Shown here: positions 50,301 through 64,000 of the stretch, in pieces | Numbering within the stretch: the first letter of the stretch is position 1 | Layout: every line of letters starts with the position of its first letter | The notes under the pieces: generated by a model | The model's input: only the letters and a program-made list of their open reading frames with translations | Database searches by the model: none | What the model was told of the DNA's origin: nothing | Made by a program: the position numbers and the translations under genes | Source: Mobula birostris | Taxonomy: Eukaryota | Length of the DNA: 64,000 nucleotides | NCBI RefSeq assembly: GCF_030028105.1 | Contig: NC_092383.1 | Span: 87,563,921 to 87,627,920 of the forward strand | Direction of reading: 5' to 3'

Positions 50301-53300
50301 ATTGTTCATTGTAAAGTGTCCTATGATGAGGTTAGGGTTAAATAAGTGTGTTGCTGGGCCATGTGGCTCATTGGGCCTGAAGGGCCTGTTCCACACTGCA
50401 CCTTCTAATAAATAAAATCATAAAAATAAACAAAAATGACAGCGGTCAGGAGAATTGTGCTGCTGCAAGTTACCATTATGACAAATGTGAGGAGCACTAT
50501 CATTAGCTGGGACACTGGAGACAGCAGATGCTGGGATCTGGAGCAACATAATATCTGCCAGATGAACTCAGCCTGTCCGGCAGCATCTGTGGGAGGGAAA
50601 AAAGTGTTGACGTTTCAGGTAGAAACCCTGCATTATGCCTTGCACAGTTGGAAATTCCCTCGTGTTTGCATAGAATTAAGTAGGATTTGTCCTCTCAACA
50701 TTCCAAGAACTTTAACAGCCCCAACGACGTTTTGGCATCACCAGTGCTGAGAAATAAGAAGGAAATGATAATGATCAGTAAAAGTGACGAAATGGAAATT
50801 ATCAGTAAACTTATTCATTTGCAGTCGAAGAGTCAAACAGGCCCTTCAGCCTTAAGAGTCACTTTATGTTCATATACTCCTGCACCTAGCATCACTAATG
50901 TACAGGTAATGTCTACGTATATCTCTCTCTTTCTGGCTATCATCGCATAGGATGATGATGGCTCCTTTCAGTCAGTTAGTGGGGTTTAGGATACCCAACT
51001 CCTCAGAAAGGAACAGCATGTGCGTGAATGGATTTAGGTGAGTAGGGGGTTGCACAGGTCCAGACCCACCCTCTCGACATTCCCTCCCAGATTCAGCAGC
51101 ATGGTGGGGTTCAAGACAGCTGGGGGAAGTTCTCTTGCAGTGAATGGCCAGACCAAGCTTCGGTGCAAGGGATGCCTTTTCCGCGCTTCATGGCACATGT
51201 TTGCGAGATGGCCGTTGACTCTATGAGGGGGCTCATCCGCCCTTTGACAGGTCTTGTTATTCGTCCTACAGGGTGTCTAGCCACCCTCCTCATCAGGCAA
51301 GCCCAGTGGGGGAGCTGGTTTAATCGCCGACCACCTGACCATGCGACAGGTAGTACTGGGTTACATGGTACCAGCAGCACTCAGATGAGTGACCTACATA
51401 TATAAGCTCATCCTATTTATATATGGCCACTCTCAATAGTGACTTAATAATATTAATAATAATAACTTATTGATAGGTCACTTTTGCTACAGACGATGTT
51501 GCTCAAAGTGATTTACAATGGGATAAAGTGCAAACCTGAAAATAAAAGACAAAATGATGTTACTTAAAAGCAAGGTTAAATAAATAGGTTTTGACTGACC
51601 TTTTACAGTGTCAACTGTGTCTGCACCCCTCAGTAGTTTTAGTTCTTGAGTTCCACAGTTTAGGAGCGTAGTTCAAAAAAGCTGACATGCTATTTATATT
51701 TTATGGGAGATAGTTTAAATTTAAGGAATATGTACATTGTACTTTATACAATTGCTTTATCATTTATGTTTATTGTGTTTTTATGCTCATTGTGATTTTT
51801 TACTTTTGCTTCGGACCTGGAGTAACAAATATTTTGTTCTCCTTTGCACTTGTATACTGAAGAATGACAATAAACAACCTTGAATGCAGCCAACGGCATC
51901 TTCCATTTGCTGCACTTACACTGAAGAAATATCTCTACGTCCATGAAACCAATCAGCTCTTTACTCAGGGCAAGAATTTTGCTCTATCTTCAATTGAAAA
52001 GCAAGTGAAACTGAATTTAACTCCCATGTCTCAGTAAGAGTTGAATATACTTTTGTGTCTTTTACAGCTGAACAAACAACTACACAATCCATGAATACAG
52101 TGAATTTCAAGAATAAGGAAAACCATCAATCAAAAAGGTATACTAGTCTCAAAACTGTTTTACATGTGAAAGATGTTTGATAGATTTTTGTATTTGGTTT
52201 CTAACACACAATACATATGAAGGAGCTGACTTTAACCAAACCAACTGGCGGATGAGGCAATAACCAATGTTCTTATGCTGGCTTCAAACTGGAGTTCCAG
52301 AGGGAAATTTTCCCCTTTAATCAGGGCGGGGTTCACAAATTTTTTTATACCATGGACTCCTTCCATTAACCAAGGAGTCCATGCATTCCAAATTGGAAAC
52401 CCCTGCCTTAAACACTTTGCTGTATTTTAAAGATGAAAGTCATCCATTATTTTGGAAGGTAGCTCATCAGACTGTAATGATGCTAGGTTTATATTATATT
52501 AGATATACTTTTCATTTTCATCCATTTTTCTTCACATAATTGAAGAATGCCTTGGGGTTTTCTTTTACTCTACTCGCCAAGGCCTTCTCATGCCCCCTTC
52601 TTGCTCTTCTCAGCCCCTTCTTAAGCTCCTTTCTTGCTTCCCTATATTCCTCAATAGACCCATGACATCTCCATCACTAGTACTATCCTATGCTGTAAGG
52701 TGAATTGTGTTTGCCAAGCAGTAACGCTCTTTAGGCTTGTTGTGGCCTGCTCTGTTGTGGTACTGCTGGGAAAGCTCTTAGTTAGTTAAGGAGTCAGGAT
52801 AAGGGCCATGACATCACTCATGAACAACACCTTGCAGGGTAGGACAAAGTCTCAATGTGGGTCAATACAACTGCGGGAAACATCAAGTCATAGAGTCAAA
52901 TGGGTCCCTCAGCCCATCTGGTCTATGCCAGCCAAGTTTCCCATTTAAGCTAGTCACGTGCCTGTGTTTAGCCCATATCCCAATAAACCTTTCCTATCTA
53001 TGTACATGTCAGAGTATCTTTTAATTCCTGTTAATGTTCCTGCCACCTCCTCTGGCAGCTCATTCCCTATACTGACCATCCTCTGGATGAAAATCTTGCC
53101 ACTCAGGTTCCTGTTAAATCTCTCCCCTCTCACCTTAATCCTATGTCGTCTAAGTCTCGATTCCCCAACTCTGGAGGGAAAGACTGTACATTAGTTATGC
53201 TACTGACCCTATTTAGAGGAGCCTAAACACCCTCACTTAATGTTTTAATTACATCTCCTTCAGCTCCATCATCAGGATATACGGACAGCCTATGAACCCA

Positions 53301-55663
53301 GAATAAAATTCCGAATCAGGTTTACTATCACTGGCATATGTTATGAAACTAGTTGCTTTGTGACAGCAGTACAGTGCAATACATAATAATAAAAATTACA
53401 TACTTTAAACTAAATTCTATAAATTCATTGTGTTCAGTTCTGGTCACCTAGCTAGAGGAAGATTGAAAGAGTGCAGAGAAGATTTACTAGGATGTTGCCG
53501 GGTCTTCAGGAGTTTGGTTACAGGGAAAGACTGAATAGGTTAGGACTCTATTCCTTGGAGCGTAGAAGAATGAGGGGGATTTGATAGAGGTTTACAAAAT
53601 TATGAGGGGTATAGACAGAGTAAATGCAAGTAGGCTCTTTCCACTTAGATTAGGAGAGATAAATACGAGAGGACATGGCTTTAGTGTGAAAGGGGAAAGG
53701 TTTAGAGGGAACATTAGGGGCAACCTCTTCACTCAGAGAGTGGTGGGACTGTGGAACGAGCTGCCATCTGACGTGGTAAATGCGTGCTCACTCTTAAGTT
53801 TTAAGAACCAATTGGATAGATACATGGATGGGAGAGGTCTGGAGGATTATGGATTGGGTGCAGGTCAAAGGGCCTAACGGAATAAAGTTTCAGCACAGAC
53901 TAGAAGGGCCGAATGGCCTGTCTTCTGCGCTGTAGTGTTCTATGGTTTTATAGGTAGTGCATAAAGACAGCAAAAGTAAAATAGGTAGTTTGTTGTCCAC
54001 TCAGAAATCTGATTGTTGAGGGAAAAAAAGCTGTTCCTAAAATGTTGGGTGTGTGATTCGGGGCTTTTGTACCTCCTCCCTGACGTTAGCAATAAGAAGT
54101 GTGTATATCCTGGGTGGTGCGGTCCTTAAGAATGGATGCTACCTTTTTGAGGCATTGCCTTTTGAGGATGTTCTCAATGCTCGGGTGGCTAGTGCCCACA
54201 ATGGAATCACATACATTTGCAACCTTCTGCAGTTTTTTCAATCCAGCACAGTGGCCCATCCATACCAGATGTTGATACAGCAAGTTAGAATGCTGTTTAT
54301 GGTACATCTGTAGACATTTGCAGATGGGTAAAAAGTTGGCAAGTGTGGTTTAACTAGAAATGTGAGTTGATGGAGGATATGTATTTATCTGTATGTAAAG
54401 AGAAAACGGATAGTAGCAAGGAATTGATTGCTATGGGCATCTGGCACAGATAAGGCGAAGAGGCTTGACCTTAATCAGGTTCTATAGCACGCAAGTCTGG
54501 GCAGCTGAGTGGTCTCTTTCTGCTCCTTTTCTGTTCTTATGTCTACCCTGTCAAATCATTACATTATATCGAATTCTTCTTTGTGGCCACCATTCAGGAG
54601 AAAGGAGACCCAGTCTGTTCATGGCTTCTTGATATTCTGCACCCTTCTGGATCATACTTTCTCTTAGATCGCTGTATTCCTTGCCCACATTGTCTTCCAA
54701 GTATCTATTCACAGCCCAAATTTGGCTTTCCTTTTTACTTGTATCCTTCTCCATTCTTGCTTTAAAATGCAATAGAACATTTTCACAAATGTGACTTATT
54801 ATTCCTCTACCTTTGCTCTTCACACATGCCCTGGTAGATTGATGCAATTTTGCAAATGCTCCCTTGTTACCTCTTGTGCCATGACTGAGTCTTTTATTTT
54901 CCTATTGTTGAATTAATTTCCTCTTTCTCCAAAGTATACCAGCTGCCCTCCTCCCCTCAGTCCAACACTAACTCACCCAGCCTGACGAACTCTTTTGGCT
55001 CTGCTGCTTTACCTTGTGCCACCCCACTAAGAAAACAGAGGGATGAAGAAGTAAATGCTTCAAACACAAAGCTGTCTCATTTCCTCCCACTGATTCTATG
55101 TCTCTTTCACTTTGCTCAGTTATCTGATATGGAGTGTGGGGCGTTGGCTGCTCTTTGCTCTGCTGGGGATCTGCACTATCTCAATCAACTGGTTCATGAG
55201 AGAATCTAAGGTAGGTTTTTGGCGATCAGTGAAATACGGATACAGCATGGAGTAGGCCCTCCCAGCCTTTCAAGACATGCCAACTCAGCAACCCCTGATT
55301 AACTCTAACCTACTCACAGGACAAATTTCAATGCCCAATGAACCTACCTGGTATACCTTTGGATTGTGGGAGGTAACCGGAGGATGTGGACAAAACCCAC
55401 GCACAATGATTCCTGACAGACAGCGCCGAAATTGAATTCCATACTCCAGAACATCACAAGCTGTAATAGCTTCACATCAATGCCATGATTCTGCTATGGC
55501 CTTTACATGAATGGGGCTGGAGTCCTTCAGCCTGTTTCAGATGGAATTCTGTTGCAAGCGTCTGTGGGAAGTCAGGCAAAGTTTTCATACCCAATCAGTC
55601 TGATAATCTCACCATTGACTTTTGCAGAAACCTGAAGAATTATCTTCACAACTTGGCCCATGA
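38329..55663 (+). CDS. CD300/pIgR-like activating receptor, copy 2; exons 38329-38365, 44412-44732, 52068-52137, 55120-55210, 55628-55663; 184 aa
   Basis: Same splice sites and frame as copy 1; V2 differs by R to S (EKYLS) and R to H (WCHG) plus two silent changes. Confidence 0.85.
43999..44319 (+). pseudogene. IgV exon V1, copy 2, with in-frame TGA at 44238-44240
   Basis: Same nonsense codon as copy 1; differs from copy 1 by S to R and S to F. Confidence 0.9.
46282..49583 (+). mobile_element. 5'-truncated L1-clade LINE, copy 2
   Basis: ORF 46307-48865 (852 aa) and 48884-49237; same TSD and same premature TAG as copy 1. Confidence 0.93.
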
Positions 55664-57566
55664 GATGAAAAGAAGACGACCGGACTCCCTGTAAAGGAAC
55701 TTTGAGATTAAATGTTCCTCATTCATCTTGCTTTGCACACATTTTTTTAACTGTTCTTCATAAATGCCTTCTGTCATTAAGCTAATTACTTAATGGAAAA
55801 GAAGTTAAAATCGAAACAATGCCTAGCTCATAGAAGACGTGAAATCTTAGCAATAGCTCAGCTCTTGCCCATCTCCTATCCTCATAATTCCTGCATTTGC
55901 ATATGTTTGATTATATAGGCATCCGATAGTCTCGTGAGACCATGCATTTGCGCCTTGGAAGGTTTCCATTGCGCAGGCCTGGGCGAGGTTGCATGGAAGA
56001 CCGGTAGTTGCCCATGCTGCAAGTCTCCCCTCTCCACACCACTGATGTTGTCCAAGGGAAGGGCATTAGGACCCATACAGCTTGGCACCAGTGTTGTCAC
56101 AGAGCAATGTGTGGTTAAGTGGCTTGCTCAAGGACACAACACGTTGCCTCAGCCAAGGCTCGAACTAGCGACCTTCAGATCACTAGACGAGCGCCTTAAC
56201 CACTTGGCCATGCGCCAATGCATGATGTTTGTTTAATTCATTGGTATATTAGAACTACACAACCACAAATCTGTCAATAATGTTCAGCCATTTGCTGGAA
56301 ACTAATAGCTGGAATAAACACTGAAATGCTCAAAAATAATCCTGCTGGTTAGTGCTGGTCAGAAAAGGCACTGTAATCAGGGTCAGTAGCAAGTTGTGAC
56401 TCTTATCTCTAGAAAAGGCAAGGCTAAGATTGAACTCCATTCATACAAGGGCTGGACATGACAGAAAAGGTCAGGTGTTGGGCCGGTAGCGAGGAATGGG
56501 CTGGTTCACCTTGCTTCTCTACGACCTTTACTCAGTTCCTTACCGAACCGAGGCTGTGGCTTCGTATCTCTGAACGGACTCACTTCATAAACTACAGTTC
56601 TGAATGCTCTTTGCTGAATTTTATTGTTTGCATGATTTTTTTTGTTTTCTGTGCAGATTGAGTGTCTGATGGTCTTCAATTTTTAATGGGTTCTTTTGGG
56701 TTTCTTTGACATGTGGCTGCCTGGAAGGGGATGAGTCAAAAGTTCAAATAATATATACATACATTGATTATAAATGTACTTTAAATTGAGGGTCATTGAG
56801 GAAGTATGTCCCTTTAATTGGGACTGTGGAATGAACAAAGGAGCCAAAACTAGTGGAGAGTATTTTCACTGAGATTCCAATACCTGATTCATGAGAAAGA
56901 TCTTTATCCAACATGTTAAATACCACCTCAGGCACTGATTACTGCATAAAACATTAATCTTCGATTGTAATGTTTTTTTTTTGCTGTTACTAATTTGAAA
57001 TTTGATCAATTAAAGTGCTTCTTGTATCATTGATGTTGTTGATATATGCCTCAATTATTTAGTTTTGTGAACATGATCATTTTATTCGTGGACAACAACC
57101 GGCATGCAGACACTTGGATATTCCAGCTGCAAATCACTGACAGTAAAATTTGCAGGAAGAAGCAATTAATCTTTCATATCCATCAGCTTCTATCAGAAAA
57201 AATAGAGATGAAATATCATCATCCAGAAACTTTCTCTTAACTTTCTTCCTTTGAATTGAGATAATTTTAGGTTGTGCCAGGGAGACAACACAGATCCAAT
57301 CATCGTATCAATCTGCTGTGGACAACAGACAGTAAAAACTATGAAAGCGTTTCATCTTCTTTATAGCAGACAGTGATGAACACTGTGGGAAAAGGAAAAG
57401 AGAAGGGGAACCTCCTCCTAACACTCTGAACAGGTTCTGCATTAACTGTCTCTCGCAATGACATTCCCAGTGCCTCAGACAGCAGTAGGTGCATAGAGAG
57501 GGGAATTCACCTCATAATTTATTTTAACCCTCTCACTTAAGTTGCTATACAAAGTGTTTTTTAAGT

Positions 57567-60500
57567 CTTTTCACCACTCTCACCATTCAATGAGGGTATG
57601 ATCCAAGATCATCTCTGTGTTACTGCCCATTATGCCACTGGCATTTAGGGCAGCAATGAAGGTCTTCCATGTGGTAGTGCCTTCATCAGTTCAGTAACTT
57701 AGTTTTCACTGCTGTCAGTCGTGCAAGTCCCAGGTGCAGATTCAGGGATACTGTCACACATGGATATAGAAGCCTTCTTTATTGCTGTTTCTGTAACAGT
57801 TTCGATTTACCATTCAGGTTTGTTAGCCCTGAGCTGTACCCTTGAACATGAAGGACCTGTGGACCACACTTAGTCTGGCCTCTACCCTTTGACCTGTTTG
57901 TCATGTGTGACCCTACCAAGAGCCAAAGCATAACTCACTGACTTCAGCCATCATAGCTCTCCGGGTCACTGAGGCATGCCAGCCTCCAAACCCTGTGGCA
58001 AAGTTGTGTCCTCTTGGAGGAGTGATTGCATAGAGAGGGGAAATTACCCTCAAGCTGTAAACTGTATATTTTTTATCATCACCTCACAATTTATTTTAAT
58101 CCTCTCAGTTAAGTTGCTGTACAATTTTCTTAATCTCTCCATCATGCTCACCATTCATTGAAAATATATTCCATTATTGTACAGAGAAAATTTCAATTTC
58201 TTAGTAAACATATTTCCTCAGTTGCTTCACTGTGCTTTCACAATTGGGCTTCCGACTGCCTTCTTCCTCATTTATTTTCACCATAACATTTCTATTGAAA
58301 AGTTATTTTACACTAAGGACCAGAAGTTGAGTGCCAGACAAACTGCTGGTTTGATCTGTGCGAACAACACAATGTGGGTTCCGATTCTTCTCATCTGTTC
58401 GCTGCCTGGTGAGTGACCGCCCGAGCTAGACATGCTGATAATCAGTATTAGCTTCTGTCTCGTGCACCATTTGCACGGCAGAGGTGGTTGAATATGTGTA
58501 GATTGTAAAGGCAGAAAATACTCAGCAGAAGTTATTGATAAATGTTGGGGAATGGTCTTGCGATTTCTTTTCTTTCTACACACAAAGCCGCAGCAGTAAA
58601 TCTGGCACTCAGCTGAGAATGAATCTGAAGGGCATTTAATATCATGCATTATTTAATAATGTCACAATGCAATGTTAGTATTCTGTATGTACAACAAAAA
58701 TATTTTTAAAACAGTCCAATATTCTTGGAGCGTGATCATAACAACAATTTCACACACTCTAAATTTCAACTCTCTTTATTTAAAGTGCAGCTGATGAAAT
58801 GTTTTTTGAGACTTTGTCAATGATATTACTACCCCCTGGGCAGAGGACAGCCAACATTTTATTTACATTTTCTTCACATTCTTACCTCTATTGACTCACA
58901 TATGTATACTTCACAGACACCCTTATTAAACCAGCCATCTCGTTGAAAATGAATACTTTGAAATTTTCAGTTCATTCACCAGCGAGGTTTAGGGGTTAAT
59001 GTGGAATTTATTGCCCTGAGCCATGTGTGTCTGCCTGGGCCATTTCAGAGGGGTGATTCAGAGACAAACTTAGCGGTGGGGCTTGTTGTGTATTTAATAT
59101 TTCAGTAGTATGTTAGTAATATTGTAAATATACTGTTTGATTAAGCATTCCTGTTTGTTTAAATAATCTATATGTAAAAATAAGTGAATTACATATGTCA
59201 TGGCGTTACCGCATGCTACGTGTGCCTCTCACTTAAAATAAAGAACAAACTAACACTCACGTTTCTTAGGGTTTTGTATTATTCTTCAAATTAATTTTAT
59301 GATTTGGAGTTACAAAACATAACAGGTCTGGAGTCACATATGGACCAGACCAAACCAAACAAAAATAGTAGATTTCCCCTTTTAATGTATTTAAAAGACT
59401 CTGGATTCAGGAATTTAATGAGATATTGCGATATGAACTTGTACATTCCTTATTTTATTTATTTCAAGGTAGAGCACAGAACAGGCCTTTCCAATCAAAC
59501 AGACCGTGCCACCCAGCAACCACCAATTTAACCCTAACTTGGTACAGGACAATTTACAATGACTAATTAACCTAATTACTGGTCGATTCTTTTGGCTTGT
59601 GGGAGGAAACCGGAGCACCTGGAGAAAACACATACAATCACAGGGCAAACATACAGACCCCTACAGACAGCACTGGAATTCTACTCCAAACTCCAACGCT
59701 CCAGACTGTAATACAGTCGTACGAACCGCTACGATACCACAGTGCTCCAAGACTCTTGATATAGTTACTTGAATCTAAAATCCTATTCTCATTCCCAGGA
59801 GTATTTTGGATCTATTTATTCTTTACAGGAATGGAGAAATTTGTTACTTCTGCATCCTTCTTCCATTAATGTAGTATCTGCTGTGAAGCAAGGAATAGTA
59901 ATCTGCCAAACTCACTTCACTCAAACCACAATCCAAATACAGACCTCCAGGTGGCCCTGGCAGTATCTCCCTTTGATGTCCTACTCAATTATCCATCCTC
60001 AACTTTCGAAATTCTTGGCGCATCAGCTGATTCCTCCCACTCTCCTTGCCCATTGTCGGCATAAACCGTGTTCACCTTCCCTCCGCAAATGCTGCCGCCG
60101 GGAAGGTTACAAGCCACAGAGCCCATGAGCTGCATTTCTTTTGGTAGTTATCATGGTGATGAGGTGAACTGCAGAAGAATGTCAACTTCAAGTTTTTCTG
60201 TGAGAAGGGATGATTTGTAATTGCATCATATGTGGTGATACCTTGTAGCTAACTAATTAATTGAAGCTCCACCTACTGCTCCAATATGGGGACGTGTAGG
60301 GCACCATTTCCACAGCACGATTAAACAAACATTAATGCAGTCATGGAAAGATAACATGTACATTCTGTTTGTGTGCATTTGAGCAGCCTGTTAGGATCTG
60401 GGTTGAATGAAGGGCAGCACCTTCCACACTGCCACACTCCCTCACTACTGCACTGGAAGATCAGCCCAGAATTTCTGTTCAGCTACCTAGAGGGAAAGTG

Positions 60501-63500
60501 AACGCAAGAAGTACATGGACATAGAACACAGACGCACCTAACACAATAGCAATAACAAGCAAGTCTTTAAACATGAAGTATTGGAGCATATTCTGTGGAC
60601 GTGATAACAAGCTGCATTAATATTTTTGTTCCTAACTCCCTTGCTGCAATACTAGACACTAGACACTAGAATACTACAGCACAGTACAAGCCCTTCGGTT
60701 CTCGATGTTGTGACGACTCATATGTTCCTTAAAGAACAAGTACTAAACAATTGTTTGCTTCACTGTAGTGGGGATACTCCTCATAGGCGCAATAGGAATT
60801 TCATTTTAAAATGGATTTGTTTCTGCAGAGAGCACTTGTGCCTTCTTCACCAGTCAATGAGAGGCACTACCAGCTGAGCTGCTGTCTCACAGCACACACC
60901 GTCCATTTCAATCCTTGAGTTTCTCCAGGCTTCTGTGATAACTTGGTTTTCCTCCATGTGCTTCACACTCCTACCACGTCCAAAACTATTCAGATTGGGG
61001 GGTTAATGGGCCACAGATGATGGGATGACAAGTGTATGATCGAGTCTCTGGTGGTGGGGCTGGAAGTCAGTAGGAATGCGGAATGTACTATTGGTTAGAC
61101 AATTCCAACAACTCCCCTTTCCTCTGAGGGAACATATAGATTATAGATTAGCATCGGACCATTCAGGCCCTTTGGCCTACAATGTTGTGCTGAGCTTTCA
61201 ACCTACCCCGAGATTGATCTAACACTTCCCTCCCACATAGCCCTCCATTTTCCTTTCATCCATGTGCTTCTCACGTTTCTTGTTTGATTTCCCGGTGGCT
61301 GCTCCTGCCTCCGATTTCGAGGCACAAGAAATTGTGAATGCTGGAACCCGAGCAAAACACAAACTATGTGAAGAACTCTGTGGGGGGAAGGAGCAAGTGA
61401 GGAGGCAAAGGGATGTTTTCAGTGAAGAATTTGAATCCGGACAGGGAGGGTCGAGTGCAGAAACATAATGAATGGAAGAGAAACTTGGGGTGACCCGAGT
61501 GAGTGACAAAGGAACACAATGGTTTGAGTTAACCGAAACTGGATTATAACATATCACCTGAGTAATGCATATGGACCCTATGCAAAATTAAGGAAACGAG
61601 TTCTTGAAGACTATAACCTACAAAACGTTTCCTCTATTCAATAGTTGTCCTTCCTACATTTGTAAAGAGCTCTACGGGCCTGTTCAGGGAGCCAAAAAGC
61701 ATTGGGTTCTGATGGTTTTAGAGCACCTGAATTGGGTAATTTGTTATTTCTTTAGAGTTCCTTTTGTTTTAATTGAGCAACTTGCTCTTTGTAATGCAGT
61801 TTCATGGTGCCTCCTCTTTAAGCTTGTTAAGTTTATCTTGATAGGCTCAGGGATTCCATGTTTCTTTTATTATTTAAGTGCACGGCCAATTAGCAGTAAT
61901 CACAGGGTCCTAGATTTGAGAACGTTACATCTCACGGTGTTGCTTGGATGAGCCACCAATGCCCTGTTGGAATTCTTATGAATAAACTCTGGTTGCCATC
62001 TCCACATCAGAGTCTGTCCATTCTCCACTCTCGGGTTCAAACATTGCCAGCTCAGATCATTACCAGATTACAGCATGGAGTGAATTATGGATCACCTGAA
62101 AGGTCCTGGTACAACACCTCCAAAGAACCTTGCAAAAGATTTTGAGGATTAGAAACAAAAGTACTAACACCAATGTAATGGAGGAGGACAAAATGAGCCA
62201 CATTCCCACCATGATAGAGCAATGCCAAATCTGATGGATCTGGCATCTCACTTGAATGCCTAAATCATGACTCCCCCAAATAAATCCTTTATTCCAGTTG
62301 ATGGAAGTTCAGCAAGCTACTCTTGGTGGACAAAGAACGTTTCCAATATCAACATCAGACTGAAGAAATTCAACATTACTTCTGAAAGCTGGGAAGACAT
62401 TGTACTCAATAGAGATACCAGTAAGAAATCTGTTCAAGAGGGAGATGTGCTACATGAGAGCAACCTCCAGTGTGCTGCAGAGAACAAGCTGCAGCTGCCA
62501 AAGGAGAGAATAGACGGTCAGAGAAACCAACCAGTAACCACAGCAACCACTTTCTTATGTCTACACTGCACTACGATATGTGGATCCCAGTTCGGCCTTT
62601 GCAGCCACCTGAGGACCAGTGGACAACCAATTAGGAGAACGTCATGCTGGAATAGAGTGATCATACCGCTTGCTCCTCAAACAGAATATGATACACCTGC
62701 TATCATCCCTCTAAGTTTAATATCACCTACATATGTCATGAAATTTGTTGTCTTTGCAGCAGCAGTTCAATGCAATACGTAGTAAAAGATAAAAAAAAAG
62801 GTGAATTATAGTAAATATATATGAAGTTAAATTAAATAAGAAGTGCAAAAATAGAAGCAAAAAGTAGTGTGGTAGTGTTCTTGGGTTCAATGTCCATTCG
62901 GAAATCAGATGGCAGAGCTCAAGGAGCTGATATACCTCCCTCCTGTATGCCCTCTCATCACCATCTGAAGTACTGCCAACAATAGTCTTCTGATCAGCAA
63001 ATTTATAGATGGCACTTGTACACTGCCTAGCCACACAGTCCTGGGTGTAGAGACAGTAGATCAGTGGTCTAAGCACATATCCCTGAGGTGCGTCAGTGTT
63101 GATTGGCAGCGAGGTGGAGATGTTATTTCCAATCCGCACAGATTGTGGTCTTCCAGTTCAGAAGTTGAGGATACATTTGCAGAGGGAGGTACAGAGTCCA
63201 ACACTCTGGAGCTTTTCAATCAGAACTGTAGAAATGAGTGTGTTAGACACGGAGCTGTAGTCAATGAACAGCATCCTGACCGAGGTATTTGTATTGTCCA
63301 GGTGATCCAAATATCATCTCTGCAATTACCCTGGCAAGGCTCAGCAGGATTTTGTATATTTCAGTCTGATCATCTGACATTCTTCAATGGTCTGGAGTAG
63401 ATGGTTCCAGTTAGGCACTAAAACATAGCCATCAGTCTCTGAATCATAGTTACACTCTCTCTGTTATGTGATATGCAAACCAGTATGCAAGACAAGGCAC

Positions 63501-64000
63501 TACGATAAGGAGAGCCAGCTCCTGCCCATTCAATAAGCTCCTTCTCTACACGCTCCTAATGAATCCAGATGAACGACAGAAACCGATACAGCTTGGCACC
63601 GGTGGCAGCAGAGTTCTTGATACTCAGCCTTGAAAGCAACTTTGGACTGCTGTAGGGACTCCAGCTCTGGATTTTCCCTTCTCCTAGATGAGCTGCTAAC
63701 CATGGCTGATGAGCACCATCTGCCCAGAGCAACCGGCTTAAGATGTCGCTAACCTGCCTCTGTCACTTCTCCTGTCAGTAGAAACAGTTCGGCTGGGCGT
63801 AGTCGCTAAGCCGTACGTGAAGGCCGGGAGCTGTACTGGGTTGTCAGAGTCTATTTGAGACACACACCATTGGGAGCATTTAATCGGTGATATGACCTTA
63901 TCCCTGCAGCCCCCCACTCCTGGCTATAATGACCTTAAGGATCCAAAGGTTCACATTACAGGTGTGACCCATACAGGGTCTTCTACTGTGTCACAATGAT
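57567..64000 (+). repeat. Tandem segmental duplication, copy 3 (partial, runs off the window)
   Basis: Offset +40,086 from copy 1 through to the window end; its V1 would start at 64042. Confidence 0.96.
58372..58408 (+). CDS. Leader exon, copy 3 ([12 protein letters not shown]+G)
   Basis: Identical to 18286-18322; donor gtgagt at 58409. Confidence 0.85.

Larger units (their letters stand above)
37524..57566 (+). repeat. Tandem segmental duplication, copy 2
   Basis: Offset +20,043 from copy 1; only substitutions seen (roughly 50-60 by eye). Confidence 0.97.

Noticed and set aside
1-64000. CRISPR arrays, rRNA, genuine tRNA genes or prokaryotic operons
   Set aside because: None seen; tRNA-like A and B boxes occur only as SINE heads, and the sequence is intron-rich eukaryotic DNA.

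Overview
Repeat-rich vertebrate genomic DNA, probably from a cartilaginous fish (inferred from the CR1, Rex/Babar, V-SINE and L1 repeat spectrum). It holds a cluster of CD300/pIgR-like (CMRF35-like) immunoglobulin-superfamily receptor genes on the + strand. From about 17481 the window is a head-to-tail tandem array with an exact 20,043-bp period: two full copies and the start of a third, differing by scattered substitutions and no net indel. In each full copy I could splice by hand a complete 184-aa receptor: leader (18286-18322), V2 (24369-24689), stalk (32025-32094), Arg-containing TM (35077-35167) and a short tail with no tyrosine motif (35585-35620), which fits an activating, adaptor-coupled receptor. 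A second V exon (V1, 23956-24276) lies 92 bp upstream of V2, with intact splice sites but an in-frame TGA. Left of the array are older paralogous pieces: a V-less gene (leader 3267, stalk 7155, TM 12878) whose remaining exons still join in frame to 70 aa, and an orphan promoter/leader module (leader 14840). Exon models and difference counts were made by eye and are not confirmed by transcripts. The near-identical array could partly reflect assembly error.
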